The notes: generated from the letters alone by a model not told the origin. A stretch of DNA of 63,866 nt, filler included, from Octopus bimaculoides (GCF_001194135.2; 4 parts of 4 records of this genome joined end to end with filler, not necessarily neighbours in it), one strand, 5' to 3'. Counted from the first letter of the whole stretch, positions 13,305 through 26,022 are shown. A program made the numbers and translations.

Positions 13305-13689
13305 CCAGTCTCGTTAGCCGTTGTCTTCACCACCACCTCATTCCTCATGGCTTCCGTCTCTATATCCCTCTCACACCCTACATCACAGAATTAATAGCTC
13401 GTAATGCATTACCTCTCCTCTCATGTGGAGTATCATCCACTCTACCCTGTCCCAAATATGCATCCCTCTGTCATCTTCCGCATACTTGTGTCCTTTTATC
13501 CCCCACGTAACGTCACGCCCAGTTGTTCATCTGCTTCATCAATCATCTCAACCGCTTGCACATGGCCGAATGAAGAGTGCCTCTTGATGCTAGTGTCACG
13601 AGGCAAATTATAGAGCACCATGAAGGATATTGGACAGAATATTATCAGTTCTTAACAAGTTAATATTTTATTTTAGTTATGCGCCCTTT

Positions 13690-13997
13690 TAAAGCCTAGC
13701 CAGGCTCATGGGATTGGTTTCCCGGTTTCTATGGCGTATATGTCCCCCCCCCCCNNNNNNNNNNCCAGCTGGACGGGACGCCAGTCCATCGCAGCTTTAC
13801 TCAAGAAACAGGAAGAAAGAGTGTGAGAAAGTTGCGGCGAAAGAATACAACAGGGGTCGCCACCACCCCCTGACGGAGCCTCGTGGAGCTCTAGGTGTTT
13901 TCGCTCAATAAACACTCACAACGCCCGGTCTGGGAATCGAAACCGCGATCCTCCGACCGCGAGTCCGCTGCCCTAACCACTGGACCATTGCGCCCCC
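13690..13997 (-). mobile_element. SINE family C (tRNA head)
   Basis: Minus strand GGGGCGCAATGGTCCAGTGGTTAGGGCAGCGGACTCGCGG...GGTTTCGATTCCCAGACC with A and B boxes. The same head occurs at 56120-56327; body at 31433-31520. Confidence 0.8.
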
Positions 13998-14604
13998 AAA
14001 CAAGTTAATATGGATACTTATTTTAGAATGAGTGAACAATAAAAACAATGTGGTGCTTTACTGGTATTTTGAATTATAAATATGATGGACCAAACAAGAT
14101 ACACAAAAAAAAAGGAGCATTTCATCTCTTTCTTTCTCTTCCTTTCTAGCGTTCATTCTTTCTTTCCGTCTTTCTTCCGTCCGTGTTTCTGTTCTTTTTT
14201 GTGTAAGTATTCTATGTTTTCTCTCTCTCACTATTTTATTCTCACTCTATATACAATCATATATGAATATATTCATATATGTATTTCTGTGTGTACGGGG
14301 TTTAGAAGGAAAATAGGGATATATTATATGTGTGAGTGTACAATGTGAATATAGAAAACTTTTGTGTGTATATGTATGTGTATGTATACGCATATACATG
14401 TATGTGCATATATATATACACAGATACATATATGTATACATATGTACATCCATACATATATACATATATATGCACTTAATGTATATGTACAGACTAATAC
14501 CTATATATTTATACACACACATATATAAAACTGTCCGACGAAAAGGAACGTGAAACTAACAGTTTTTGTGATAATTTTGCTGCTTTTTAATAAAGTATAT
14601 ATAT

Positions 14605-14684
<80 letters not shown>

Positions 14685-14895
14685 TTACCCACGCACACTC
14701 ACACACATACACATATATATAGTTGTGCATGAATATGTGTATATGTACAAATGTGAATACATGCATATATGCACATGCAAACACATGTATATGGTCGGTG
14801 TATGCGGGGGCGAGAGAAGGCCCGAACTTCGGTATGATTCTTTGGATTCGAATTCTTGTAGTACAATCTTTGTACCGCTGTCCACTGTATATCTG

Positions 14896-15237
14896 TTAAC
14901 AAAATCTTTGATTGATTTCGCTGTTGTAGCTGTTTCTCAGAGCATCAACGTAAATCCACTCCATGACGCGACTCGGGGGAAGAAGTGTACAGTAAAAGAA
15001 TCCGCCACCCTCACCACCTTCTTCCACTTCGTTTCCTGCGCTTTCCACTTCTGTTTCATAGAGATATGCGGTCACGTGTTGTTCGTGTTCGGTTGTGTTC
15101 ACAAGCAGCTTCCTCTGCCACCATTCGTTTTCATTGTTTATGTGAATGTCTTCGTGAAAGATGGCGCCCTTGTGTTTCCCGTAGTAACGTTTCAGTACTT
15201 CAGGTGGAACCTTGGAGAGGGCCGTGACGAACGCCGC
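14896..15237 (-). CDS. Alpha/beta-hydrolase-like gene, terminal coding exon
   Basis: Acceptor ttctcttatttag|GCG; 342 nt open to TAA; [19 protein letters not shown]...[35 protein letters not shown]. Extends the track ORF 14896..15102 upstream in frame. Confidence 0.85.
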   Translation of the reverse strand, partial: AAFVTALSKVPPEVLKRYYGKHKGAIFHEDIHINNENEWWQRKLLVNTTEHEQHVTAYLYETEVESAGNEVEEGGEGGGFFYCTLLPPSRVMEWIYVDALRNSYNSEINQRFC

Positions 15238-15548
15238 CTAAATAAGAGAATTTAAAAGAATGAACAGAAGGAAGAGACAAAGCAATATACAAGCGAATGA
15301 CTGATTATCTGGACAAACGAATGTACGAATGAATGAATGGATGAATGAATGAATGAATGAATGAACAGACGAATAATTGATTGAAAAGATTGATGAATGA
15401 AAGAATAACGGAATATACAAACAAATTAAATTTGCAAGCAGCTAGTATTGGGTTTATTCCTAATGCACGGTACTTTGGACAAGAGTCCCGTGCCAACTAA
15501 TGCCTTGTGAGTGACTTTGAGATAGACGAAAACTCTGTGAAGGCCCGT

Positions 15549-15627
<79 letters not shown>

Positions 15628-16987
15628 CTCTGTGTTTGTGTTTGTCCCTACCACCGCTTGACAATTTGAGTCGCATTTTTTCCATCTCACCGTAACTTAA
15701 TAGTTTGACAGAAGATACCGATAGATTATGTACCAGACTTTAAAAAATACAGCGGTTGATTTGTTCGCCTAAACATTTCAAGATGGTACCCCAGCTTCGC
15801 TGCAGTTCAACGACTAAAACTAGTGCAAGATAAAAGATAAATACAGCTAAAAGAAGTTTAAATGTTATGGTTGACATTGTTTTGTAAATTAAGAGACGAG
15901 GTTTTTTTGTTTTAGTACTTTTTAAGACAAGCAATTGCTGATACCCACACCGAAGCATGCAAGATTCCCTACCCAACGAGCCACCGAAAGTATCTACGGA
16001 AAATGCCGTCGCATTAGAGCCGATACAGCTTGGAACCAGAGTCGCCTGCGGCGACACTGTCAGATAAAGGGCTGAAACCTCAATTTATCATATCCAACCC
16101 TCAAGCAGTTCCGCCAATTCACCTCCCTGGAAGCATGATACCATTCAAGTATTCTGGAATCGATATAATCAACTATACTTATCCTCTCGGTGTTTGGACG
16201 AATGTAAATGTAAGAATCAATATTGAAAAAAAAACCACCTCAAATACGGCACGAAACTATGTAACATTACATTCCAGTATATACTTGAGTGTAAATTATG
16301 ATATTAATGGATTTCTGTCGATTTTGACGACGAGGATCCAATCGATCAATCAACAATTCATTGAATTAGCGTGGAATTGGATGAGTATTCCACAGACACG
16401 TGTATCCTTAATGTAATTCTGAAGCAAGATCGATTCGACAGTTAGAATCCAACCAACGGGCTTCTACGCAGTTTCCATTTACTCAATTTAAGTCACAAGG
16501 CATGAGTTGACCCGAATCAATGGTAAAAAATACTTTTCCAAAACACCACTCAGTGGGATTTTATTCGGCATCACATGGTTGTGATGCAGACATGTTGACC
16601 ATTCAGCCATACTTCGTTTACATATCAGATTCATTCTGTAAAATATATGAGCTTCTAAAATAAATAACAAGCATGGTTTGTGGTGGATTGATTAACATCT
16701 CCTTTGGTTGAACATCATATGGCAGCTCTAGGCGAGACACGCTTCACAGTTCTCTCCAGAGTTCAATGTCTTAAATCACCGCACCAAGGTCAGGCACATT
16801 GTATCCTTAGTTCCTTACGATGACATCTGGACGAGAAAGCTTGCTATTTTTTCCCTTCTGGCTACCCGAGCCGACTTTTTATTTCCTCCTTTTGACGTCG
16901 ATAAAATAAGTACCAGTCGAGCACAGGGAAAGATGGTCGATGTAATCGACTACCTCTTCCCAAAAATGTTCAGGCCTTGTGCCTTTC

Positions 16988-17031
<44 letters not shown>

Positions 17032-17045
17032 GCAACAACAACAAC

Positions 17046-17088
<43 letters not shown>

Positions 17089-17153
17089 GCAACAACAACA
17101 ATAACAACAACAACAACAACAGCAACAACAACAATAATAATAATAATAACAGC

Positions 17154-17238
<85 letters not shown>

Positions 17239-17363
17239 GCTCGAATATTCCGGATGGTGCTCGAAAATTAAGGGGTGGTACCTTAGTTCACTGATAGTGA
17301 ACAGCTGGCACCGTAGGACATCTCCAGCGTTAGAAGCTGTGCAAAGACAATAAATGATAAAAA

Positions 17364-17422
<59 letters not shown>

Positions 17423-17670
17423 AAATCCTTTCTAGTATAGACGCAAAACCTGAAATTAGCACGTCAGACAAAATGCGTAGCGGCATTTCTTCCGGTTCCT
17501 TACATTTTGAGTTCAAATTCCGCCGAAGTCGGCTGTGCTTTCATGCTTTCTGAGTCGGTAACATATATACCAGTCAAGCATCAGGGTCAATGTAATCGGC
17601 TTACCCACTCCCCTCACAGCTGCTGACCTGTACCTAAATTTCAAAGCATTATTATTATTATTATTATTAC

Positions 17671-17707
<37 letters not shown>

Positions 17708-17718
17708 GCTACTGTTAA

Positions 17719-17925
17719 AGCGGCGAGCTGGCAGAATCGTTAGCACGCCGGGCAAAATGCTTTGCAGTATTTTGTCCGTCTTCACGGTCTGAGTTCAAAT
17801 TCGGCCGAGGTCGACTTTGCCTTTCATCCTTTCGAGATCGATAAATTAAGTACCGGTGGAACACTGTGGTCGATGTAATCGACTAATCCCTTCCTTTAAA
17901 GGCCTTGTGTGTTTAGTAAAAAGAA
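17719..17925 (+). mobile_element. SINE family B
   Basis: GGCGAGCTGGCAGAATCGTTAGCACGCCGGGC...TGAGTTCAAATT..GCCGAGGTCGACTTTGCCTTTCATCCTTTC. Other copies near 16880, 17457, 30243(-), 47513(-), 48715, 54413(-), 55240(-), 58137 and 58365. Confidence 0.85.
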
Positions 17926-17977
17926 ATATTATTTCTTTTAAATGTTGTTGTTAACTTGAATTAGATTAGAAACTTAC

Positions 17978-18229
17978 GTAATTTAAATCTCGGCATGTAA
18001 AATCTCTGACACTCGTGACGTTGTAGAAGTGGGACTGTATACGTTTCTGACTCAACATAAATGCCCTGATTTCAGTAGGTGAGTGAGCGAGATGACTATA
18101 TGTATCGCTCTGATACTCGCATCGTTTTAAATAGAAAAACAGTGTTACGTAGACTATGCGTACGTTATTGTCTCGTATGTATAAATCTGGTGATATGCCG
18201 ACATTTTCTTCAACTGAATAACTTTTCAC
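17978..18229 (-). CDS. Alpha/beta-hydrolase-like gene, penultimate exon
   Basis: Acceptor tattaccgcag|GTG, donor AAT TAC|gtaagt; 252 nt, phase 0/0; VKSYSVEENVGISPDLY...HSPTEIRAFMLSQKRI...TCRDLNY. Confidence 0.82.
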
Positions 18230-18830
18230 CTGCGGTAATAAGAAATATATACATATATTCATATATATATATATATATATATANNNNNNNNNNNNNNNNN
18301 NNNNNNNNNNNNNNNNNNNNNNNNNNNNNNNNNNNNNNNNNNNNNNNNNNNNNNNNNNNNNNNNNNNNNNNNNNNNNNNNNNNNNNNNNNNNNNNNNNNN
18401 NNNNNNNNNNNNNNNNNNNNNNNNNNNNNNNNNNNNNNNNNNNNNNNNNNNNNNNNNNATGTTGAAAAGACAAAATAGAAACTACCCGTGGAAATGTAAG
18501 GGGAAAGTAAGCAGAAAAATAAGAGAAAATGCACATTGAAAATCAAAAAGAAGGTAAGGCTTTTTATGAAAAGTAACGATATATATACATATATACAATT
18601 AGATGAACTGAGGTAGGAATAAAGGTAATAAAAGTCATTATTGTGAGTTGTTAAAGAGATTTACAAGCAAACCGGTTTCGTAATAATACTAACACACATA
18701 TATATTAGCAATAATTATAACGATAAAGAAACTAGTACATCGTCAAAATTTATTTCCTTTTATTTTACAATGTCATACAGCTCCTTCCTCAGAGGAAGAT
18801 TTCAGAATGTTAAAGCTAAAAGTGCACATA

Positions 18831-19195
18831 CGAGGTCTGATCAATAAGGATCTCCTTGTGTCAAGTACGAGACCTCTTTGCGTGCGTAAGCCTCTGAGCA
18901 GGTATCACTAAGATTTCCTTGCGTGCGTAGGCCTCTGAGCAGGTATCACCAAGATTTTGGCAAAATTTGATGCAGGTTCTCTGCTCAACTTGCTCTGTCG
19001 TGGTCATTGCGACGGTCACACGCTACACACCTTCCTTCCAAGCATTGATATAAACAGCAGAAGTAAACTAGAACGTTAAAACTTAGTGCGTATGCAGAGC
19101 AGAGTTTAAGGTCAATCTGTGCCAAGCAGATTCACTCTGCGTGCTTTAGCTTCATTACTATGGCAAAAGCCCGGATACTTATTGATCAGACCACG
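18831..19195. mobile_element. Mariner-type MITE in hydrolase intron
   Basis: TA|CGAGGTCTGATCAATAAG ... CTTATTGATCAGACCACG|TA; internal ~41-bp tandem duplication at 18878-18958. Confidence 0.8.
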
Positions 19196-19415
19196 TACAT
19201 ACATATATACCCCAGCGTGTTTGTCTTTCCAGCAATCATGGCTATATTGTCATACTGATGCAGATCCAATCTCCGTAGACTGAACAGAATGTAACCTTCA
19301 CATAGAATGTTGAGTTCATGTACAAATGCACAGATATGTATGCGTGTGTATGTTTGTTTGTTAGTGTGTATCTAAGCGCATGTGTGCATGTGTGTGTGAG
19401 TGAAGAACTACCTAC

Positions 19416-19529
19416 CCTTAAAAACTGAGTGTCGTTTCCTCCCAATCCCGACAACCATATTTGAGCATTATTGAGCCACTGTGATTGGTAAAAGCGATTC
19501 AACTCCATCTTCTCCATTTCAAGAATCGG
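19416..19529 (-). CDS. Alpha/beta-hydrolase-like gene, internal exon
   Basis: Acceptor ttttctgtctttttacag|CCG, donor TTA AGG|gtaggt; 114 nt, phase 0/0; PILEMEKMELNRFYQSQWLNNAQIWLSGLGGNDTQFLR. Confidence 0.8.
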
Positions 19530-20239
19530 CTGTAAAAAGACAGAAAATAGTAGTCGGAAACTTGCAGACAATGCACGCTGCTTGTTGAAACCACAGTTAT
19601 AGTTCATATTTTATTATTTACTTTTTAGTCAAGAAGAGAAGGGTGCCGCACATCACTCTTTATTTCCTTATTTATTCATTCGCTTGTTTCCAGGAAGCAC
19701 CGCATTTTGAAGACTTGTTTGCAACAGAGTCCAACAAAAACTCATGAGCTCCAAAAGGGTGACCTTCCCATGAAGACATTAAATACAAATGGACTCAAAT
19801 CTTGGCACAAGGCCAGCATGTTTGTTATTGATAATAATAATGTTAGTGGTAGTGATGGTATTGGTAGTTGTAATAATGACTAATAGTATGTCAGGTCACT
19901 TTTTGTGCTGTTGGTAACATGTAATTCAGTTCACTCAGCTGTAGAAATGAGTTGCGACGTCACAGGTGCCAAGCTGTATCGGTCCCTTTGCCTTTCCCTT
20001 GGATAACATCCGCGGCATAGAGAGGGGAGGCCGGTATGCATGAGTGACTGCTAGTCTTCCATAAACAACCTTGCCCGGACTTGTGCCTGGGAGGGTAACT
20101 TTCTGGGTGCAATCCCATGGTCAGTCATGACCGAAGGGGGTCTCAGCAATTCAGTACAACCTGGTTTATGCTCGGACCGTCGGAGATTGAACCGGTAATC
20201 CTGCCAGGCGCTTCCCTGGAAACTGAGGTGGATTTTATG

Positions 20240-22560
20240 AATAGAAACCAGGGTGGAAGAGGCTTAATCGTTGTATACAGATGGACAGAAAAAGCCTACT
20301 AAAATATTTACAGAAGAGCATAGAGACATTATTAAAGGCAATGAATAAAGAACAGGTGATCAAGTTTGGAATAGGAGAAAAGGGCGAAAATGGAATTCAA
20401 AGAGAACTTGTTAAACAGATTGAAGAGAAACCTTTGCACGGTCAGCTTTGGAAAGCCACTGAATATGTATGTGGGGAAGAAAACCTGGCCTTGGTTGAAA
20501 AAAAAGGGCAATTAAGTAAGGGAAACAGAGCCTCATAACAGCAGCTGAAGGACAAGCGTTAAAAACGAAACAGCTTCAGAAAATATGTGTACGAAGTGAG
20601 AGTGTCAGCAAAATGCAGAGTGTGTGGAATTTGGGATGAAACAATGGGAGATTGCTGCAAAATGTCCCAAGTCCGCTGAAGGAATATACACAGACACGCA
20701 GGAAGTAAATAGACACCTTTAATTTTCAAAATTTCTGATCTAAGCGTCGTAATATATTATCAGCGGGGTAGAATTTACAATGTAATTATTCTTTTTCATT
20801 CCAGGTGCCATTATATTAAACATTTGCAAAGAGTAACCATGCTTTGCACAAAAAATTCAGCAGAACTGTCAGACTTTCAAAGAGGTCGTATTGTTGGGCT
20901 CTCTGAGGCTGGTCTTAGCCAGCAAAAAATTGCCGAAAATCTTCAAATTCCTCTTGCTACTGTTAATAGAATTATAGTGCAATTGAAACGCCAAGGAAAA
21001 GAATCAACAGATTCTCGTCCTGGCCGACCTGGGCCCTCAGAAAGGAGCCTCGCTGTTTGAAGAGAATTGTGGACAACGAACCCCGTTCGAAGGCTTCTGA
21101 CATTGCAAAACAGCTAGAAGTTAGTCCAAGAACCTGTGTTACATATCTGCATAAGCTTGGGTATTATGGACGAGCAGCTAGAAGAAAACCTCTCCTTCAA
21201 CCAATTAATATCATGAAAAGAAAGAAATGGGCTAAGGAGATGTCAGAAAAATCCAGTTCATTTGGGGATAGAGTGATTTTCTCAGATGAATCCAGATTTG
21301 CATTATTTTCAGACAGTGGACGTGTTTGGGTCTGGAGGCTTCCCAATCAAGAATTTGATTTGAAACGACTCCAACCAACTGTGAAACATTGCGGTATCTC
21401 TGTAATGGTTTGGGGAGCTGTCACCAGCAACGGTCGTTCTGAGCTGATCGAATGTGTTGGAACCATAAACTCTGAAAAATACATCGAAATACTTAAGCAA
21501 GGACTACTTCTGATGAACTCACACGATAACATAACGAAAAATGAGTTTTTATTCATGGAAGATGGGGCTCCATGTCACACAGCAACAAGGAATCAACAAT
21601 AGCTGACTGAAAATGGGATCAAAAAGCTTCCTTGGCCGAGCCAATCTCCTGACATAAACCCAACTGAAAATCTTTTGAGCATACTAGGTACAGCTATACG
21701 AAAAACTCGACAGAAACTTAAATCTAAAGGTGAATTGTTTCGATTGTTGCGTGAAAAGTGGGCAGAAATTCCACAAGAGACAATCACAAAGCTCATCAGT
21801 TCAATGCAAAAAGAGTTTCTGAATTAAAAACTGCAAAGGGAATGTGAACTAAATACTAAAATATGTAGTCCTACCTATCGATTACATTTCAATTGTTCGC
21901 TTTGCATATTAAATGAAAGATTTTGAAAATCAAAGGTGTCTATTTACTTCCTGCATGTCTGTGTATAAAAAAAAAATAGAGGCATTACCAAGTTGTGAAA
22001 ATCTTACACTGGCGGTTTTGCCAGAAACGGGGATTTGAGTCTGGAAGTGCTTGGTATGATAATCGGGTTGAAAGAGTGCTTGAGTCAGAGAAATAAATGC
22101 AAGATTTTTTATGTGATTTTCCTATTCAAACGGATTAGAAGCAAGAAACTAATAAACCATACATAATAATAAACAAGAAAAAGCTTAGTTGCTTACGAAT
22201 TGATCCATCATGTGCGTTTGATTCCAATATTGTAAAGAAAAAAGATTAAAGATTAAAAGAATACAATCCTTTAAAATTTGAAATTGCGATCATAATATTG
22301 CGGCAAAAGAAATTTAGAAGCTCACAAAATATAAAGATTTGCTCATTGAAATTGAAAAAAATGTGGCATCTCAAGGTGGTTATAATACCGTTGATTGCAG
22401 GAGCACTAGGAATGATTAAAAAAGGGAACTGAAAATTATTTGAGAATGATCTTTCACTTACCACCCAAACAAGAAATGCAAAAGTTGTTTCAAATGGTTT
22501 GTCACACGGACTGAGAAGAGCATTGACGATGTGAGGAAGATAACTTTTCATGTACATTAT
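20240..22560 (+). mobile_element. R4/NeSL-like (REL endonuclease) LINE remnant, interrupted by Tc1
   Basis: EKPLHGQLW...KGQL..ETE.LI.AAEGQAL...KCRVCG..DET (CCHC) before 20688, resuming with RHYQVVKILHW.FCQK at 21964; IEIEKMWHLKVVIIPLIAGALG near 22350. Confidence 0.7.
20689..21963 (+). mobile_element. Full-length Tc1-family transposon (DD34E), inactivated
   Basis: About 45-bp TIRs (CACAGACACGCAGGAAGTAAATAGACACCTTT.. / ..AAAGGTGTCTATTTACTTCCTGCATGTCTGTG), TA on both sides. Transposase FSDES, MEDGAPCH, WPSQSPDINPTEN (34 residues D to E), with a frameshift near 21055 and TAG at 21600. Confidence 0.93.
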
Positions 22561-22709
22561 TTTTATTACGTAACTTTATTTAATTTTGTAATTGAAGAAT
22601 CTGGTATGTTTATTTTAGTGGCTTATCAATGTATACAGTGAGCTTCTACGCCTAGTTGTCGGGTAGACGCTCGGCAAGAAAAGGAAACAAAATTGAAGAC
22701 AAATGAATA

Positions 22710-22764
<55 letters not shown>

Positions 22765-22767
<3 letters not shown>

Positions 22768-23160
22768 TGCAAAAACCTGGACTTGCCCCATGATAAAAAC
22801 TGGTGGGAACACAAACCACCCCCAGTACTTGAAAGTGATCACATTGCACTCCTCTGGAACTTCACCATTCAAACTGACAGAAAGATAGACGCAAATAGGC
22901 CAGACATCATACTGAAAGACTTCAGACAAAAATCATGCCTCCTCATTGATATGACTGTCCCAATCGATATAAACGTATCTGTCAAGACCTACCAAAAACT
23001 GAGCAAATATAANNNNNNNNNNNNNNNNNNNNNNNNNNNNNNNNNNNNNNNNNNNNNNNNNNNNNNNNNNNNNNNNNNNNNNNNNNNNNNNNNNNNNNNN
23101 NNNNNNNNNNNNNNNNNNNNNNNNNNNNNNNNNNNNNNNNNATATCCTACGTAAAATACT
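22765..23160 (+). mobile_element. R4/NeSL-like LINE C-terminal (REL) fragment
   Basis: WWEHKPPPVLESDHIALLWNFTIQTDRKIDANRPDIILKD...LIDMTVP...KLSKY: RPD...D...K nuclease motif. Confidence 0.85.
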
Positions 23161-23419
23161 GTCTACGTGATCTCAAATTTTAAAGCAAACACATAATTTT
23201 CTTATGGTTTCTTAAACATTCACTTGAACAAAACTGTACAAATCCAAATATATGGTACTCTAGGCATAACACCTACATGAACTTCTAACTTGTTGTCTCT
23301 TGAGGTCTCTGGGTGAGACTTGGATCCAACTTGTACAAATGCAAAACAAAAGTCAAACATAAAATAATAATAATAATAATAATAATAATGATGATAATAA
23401 TCCACATCATATTATTCGG

Positions 23420-24540
23420 TCAAATCCGAAATCCCAATTTTTGAGGATAAAACGGATTTGTACTGACATAGGGGATTACTGGAAATATGCAAATGCGTTT
23501 GTACATCATGATGTCAAACGCGGTTACAGTGAATCACGAATAAAGAAAATAGCAAATAAAATAGCTAAGATTAGCAAAGATAGTCAAACCTTCACGCATT
23601 ATTTTAGCAAACACAATAGAATAGATGACAGAATTCCTTTAGTGATTAACTGGCACCGAAATTTCGATGGCATTTCAAAAGTGTTGCATGAAAGTTACCA
23701 GCATGTAACGTAAAAATATCCGCGTTTCAAACATATTTCCTCAGCCGCCTATTGTAGCCTTTAGACGGAATAAGAATATAAGAGAATTATTGACCTCTAT
23801 TTCTGACTCCAAGAAAACGAACATTGGAGTATCTGCACGCTGTACCTTGAAAATCAGCCGCCAAAGAGGTAAGTCCTGTTCATTGTGCAGCAACATAAGT
23901 CAAGTGAATTCCATCGGGAATCATAACAGAAATGTTATGATTTATACAGAAGGTGGGGCATGTAGAGATTCCCATTTGGTGTACGTGGCAGAATGCACGA
24001 AACACAACTTACATTGGTTGTACAAGAGAACAATTAAACAAAAGATTTAATGGGCACAGATTCGACGTCAGGCACAATAACAGTAGTTCGATAAAACTTG
24101 CTGAACATTTTACTTCAAACGACTGCAATTTTGGAAAAGACTTCAAAATGGTTATTCTCAGAAAATATTCTGAATCTTTCTCACTTTCACTTCTCAAAAT
24201 GCATGAGGAGAAATATGTTTGCGAGTTATTAACACCACGCCCTGGAGGAATGAATAAAATGACAGGAGAATATCATCAGATTTATACAAAACTGTTTGAT
24301 TAAATATTCTTCTTTTTCCTTTACTTTTTCTTTCCTCTTTCTTTCTGTTTTTCTTTACGCCTGTTGTAAAATTGAAACTTAAAGATTGATGATGCCATTC
24401 CATTAACGTGTGGACGTTGTTTTCTTTCGTTCATACTTTAAATTTAAATTTCTATAATTTTGAATTTTTATCACTTCTTATTTTAAACTCGACAAAGACA
24501 GGCTTACTGTTGAAATATCGTTCAACCAATAAAATATCTA
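23420..24540 (+). mobile_element. Penelope-like element 3' part (RT thumb, GIY-YIG, 3' region), antisense in hydrolase intron
   Basis: KRGYSES..., RIPLVINWH, then HLVYVAECTKHN-YIGCTREQLNKRFNGHRFD...LAEHF...EEKYVCELLTPRPGGMN, split by frameshifts and stops. Confidence 0.85.
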
Positions 24541-24610
24541 TTATAATCGAATCGCACTCATCGTCTTGACTGTTTGCCTTTGTGAAGAGTTACGTCAATC
24601 CTTTTATTAA

Positions 24611-24676
<66 letters not shown>

Positions 24677-24686
24677 CTGCAGTTAC

Positions 24687-24963
24687 CTGAAGGAACGTGG
24701 TAGTTTTCCTGAACCACTTGGACATTCTCTCTCGTTGTTTCTTATTTCTCGACCCTCGAATAGTGTATGATAGAAACAAGCTGATATATCTGGCTATTAA
24801 CCTCTGCGATTTTCTGATTGGTAGCTCAGCAGTGAGATCATAACGTTTCATATCCTCTTGCAAGATATCATTAGAAAATGATCCGTGGTTGATGCCCTTC
24901 ACAATGACCATTGGTGCCTTGTATTGCATTGCTCTGTTCTTTTCGACTTCTTGTGAAAGCACT
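24687..24963 (-). CDS. Alpha/beta-hydrolase-like gene, internal exon
   Basis: Acceptor tttttggcag|A completes AA+A=Lys; donor CTT CAG|gtaact (phase 0). 277 nt encoding VLSQEVEKNRAMQYKAPMVIVKGINHGSFSND...RKTTTFLQ; VIVKGINHGSF has the putative catalytic His. Confidence 0.85.
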
Positions 24964-25847
24964 CTGCCAAAAACATCAAACAGTGACTATTTTAATTAAA
25001 TAAATAAACAATATTATTTAGCTGGAAAACATATACTTTTGACTGTACTTCAATCCACCAAAGTCTAATTAGGTAAGTATAATTGTATCCGTCACTAGCG
25101 AATGAGTGAGTCTTGGTAGTATCTACTTTGCTTTCGCTTACTATGTCTGATACTAATGAAGTCACAAGCTAACAAAGACATCCCTATTGCTCTTTAACCC
25201 AGTATTTTAAAAACACGAATCAAATGCCAGAAGACATTTTGTCCGACGCTTTAACAACTCCGACAGTCAACGACCTTAAATTGGTTACTTTGCTTTATAG
25301 GCCTCCGTAAGACTGGACCTGACTTGCGCGAGATTTGAACTCGGAACTTACCAAGCCGTAGTTAAAGAAATAATACCGCTAACCATTAGTCCAATCCTTT
25401 ATCAATTACATTTCTATGAATTTATAAATTTAAAGTCTAATTGTGTTTCTCAGCACTGATGCGCTTCCACAGATACTTTTGCTCCTACGATTCGCCCTTA
25501 CGATTAAATAATTCTGGACCCCTACCCCACGAGATCATGCTACTTTTGTTGTTGCTGTTGATTATGCTTGTATTGTTGTTTACTATCTGACATTATTTCT
25601 ATTATTTTATGTCCTAATCAAGCAAGAAAGAGTGACGTTCATAATATTTTGAAGGGACCCAAAGCTGGTGTGGGATGGACAGATGAAATCGCTACTCAGC
25701 GTACATACCACTATAGATCTGAACTGAATGCTTACACTAATGTAAACTCAGCTAAAACATGCACGAAGTTCAACTAAATGTGTCCGCTTGGTCTCCAACT
25801 GAAGAAACAGAAAACGAATTGTAAAAGGAAATGTTTTAACACATTAC

Positions 25848-26022
25848 TTAAAAGTCTGAGCTATTTGCGTGACCCTTGTCACACCATCCAGGTCGCCAGC
25901 GACTGTCAACACATTCATTCCAAAGTATTCGAATTGCGTCCCATTTTGAAGAAGTGAACCCAACAAAATTATTCCGGATAACTGCTGGGGGTTCCTGTTG
26001 GCTAACCTCTGAACACTGATGC
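25848..26022 (-). CDS. Alpha/beta-hydrolase-like gene, first recovered (internal) exon; 5' exons missing
   Basis: Acceptor attttcag|GC (phase 1), donor TTT AA|gtaatg (phase 2). Encodes G-ISVQRLANRNPQQLSGIILLGSLLQNGTQFEYFGMNVLTVAGDLDGVTRVTQIAQTF-K: a strand after the nucleophile elbow (IILLGS) and a VLTVAGDLDG motif carrying the putative catalytic Asp, as in Abhydrolase_5-type proteins (family call from memory). Confidence 0.85.

Noticed and set aside
15740-16416. ORFs on both strands inside the last hydrolase intron
   Set aside because: The flanking exons already join in frame with continuous protein; these ORFs overlap SINE remnants and have no recognised motif.
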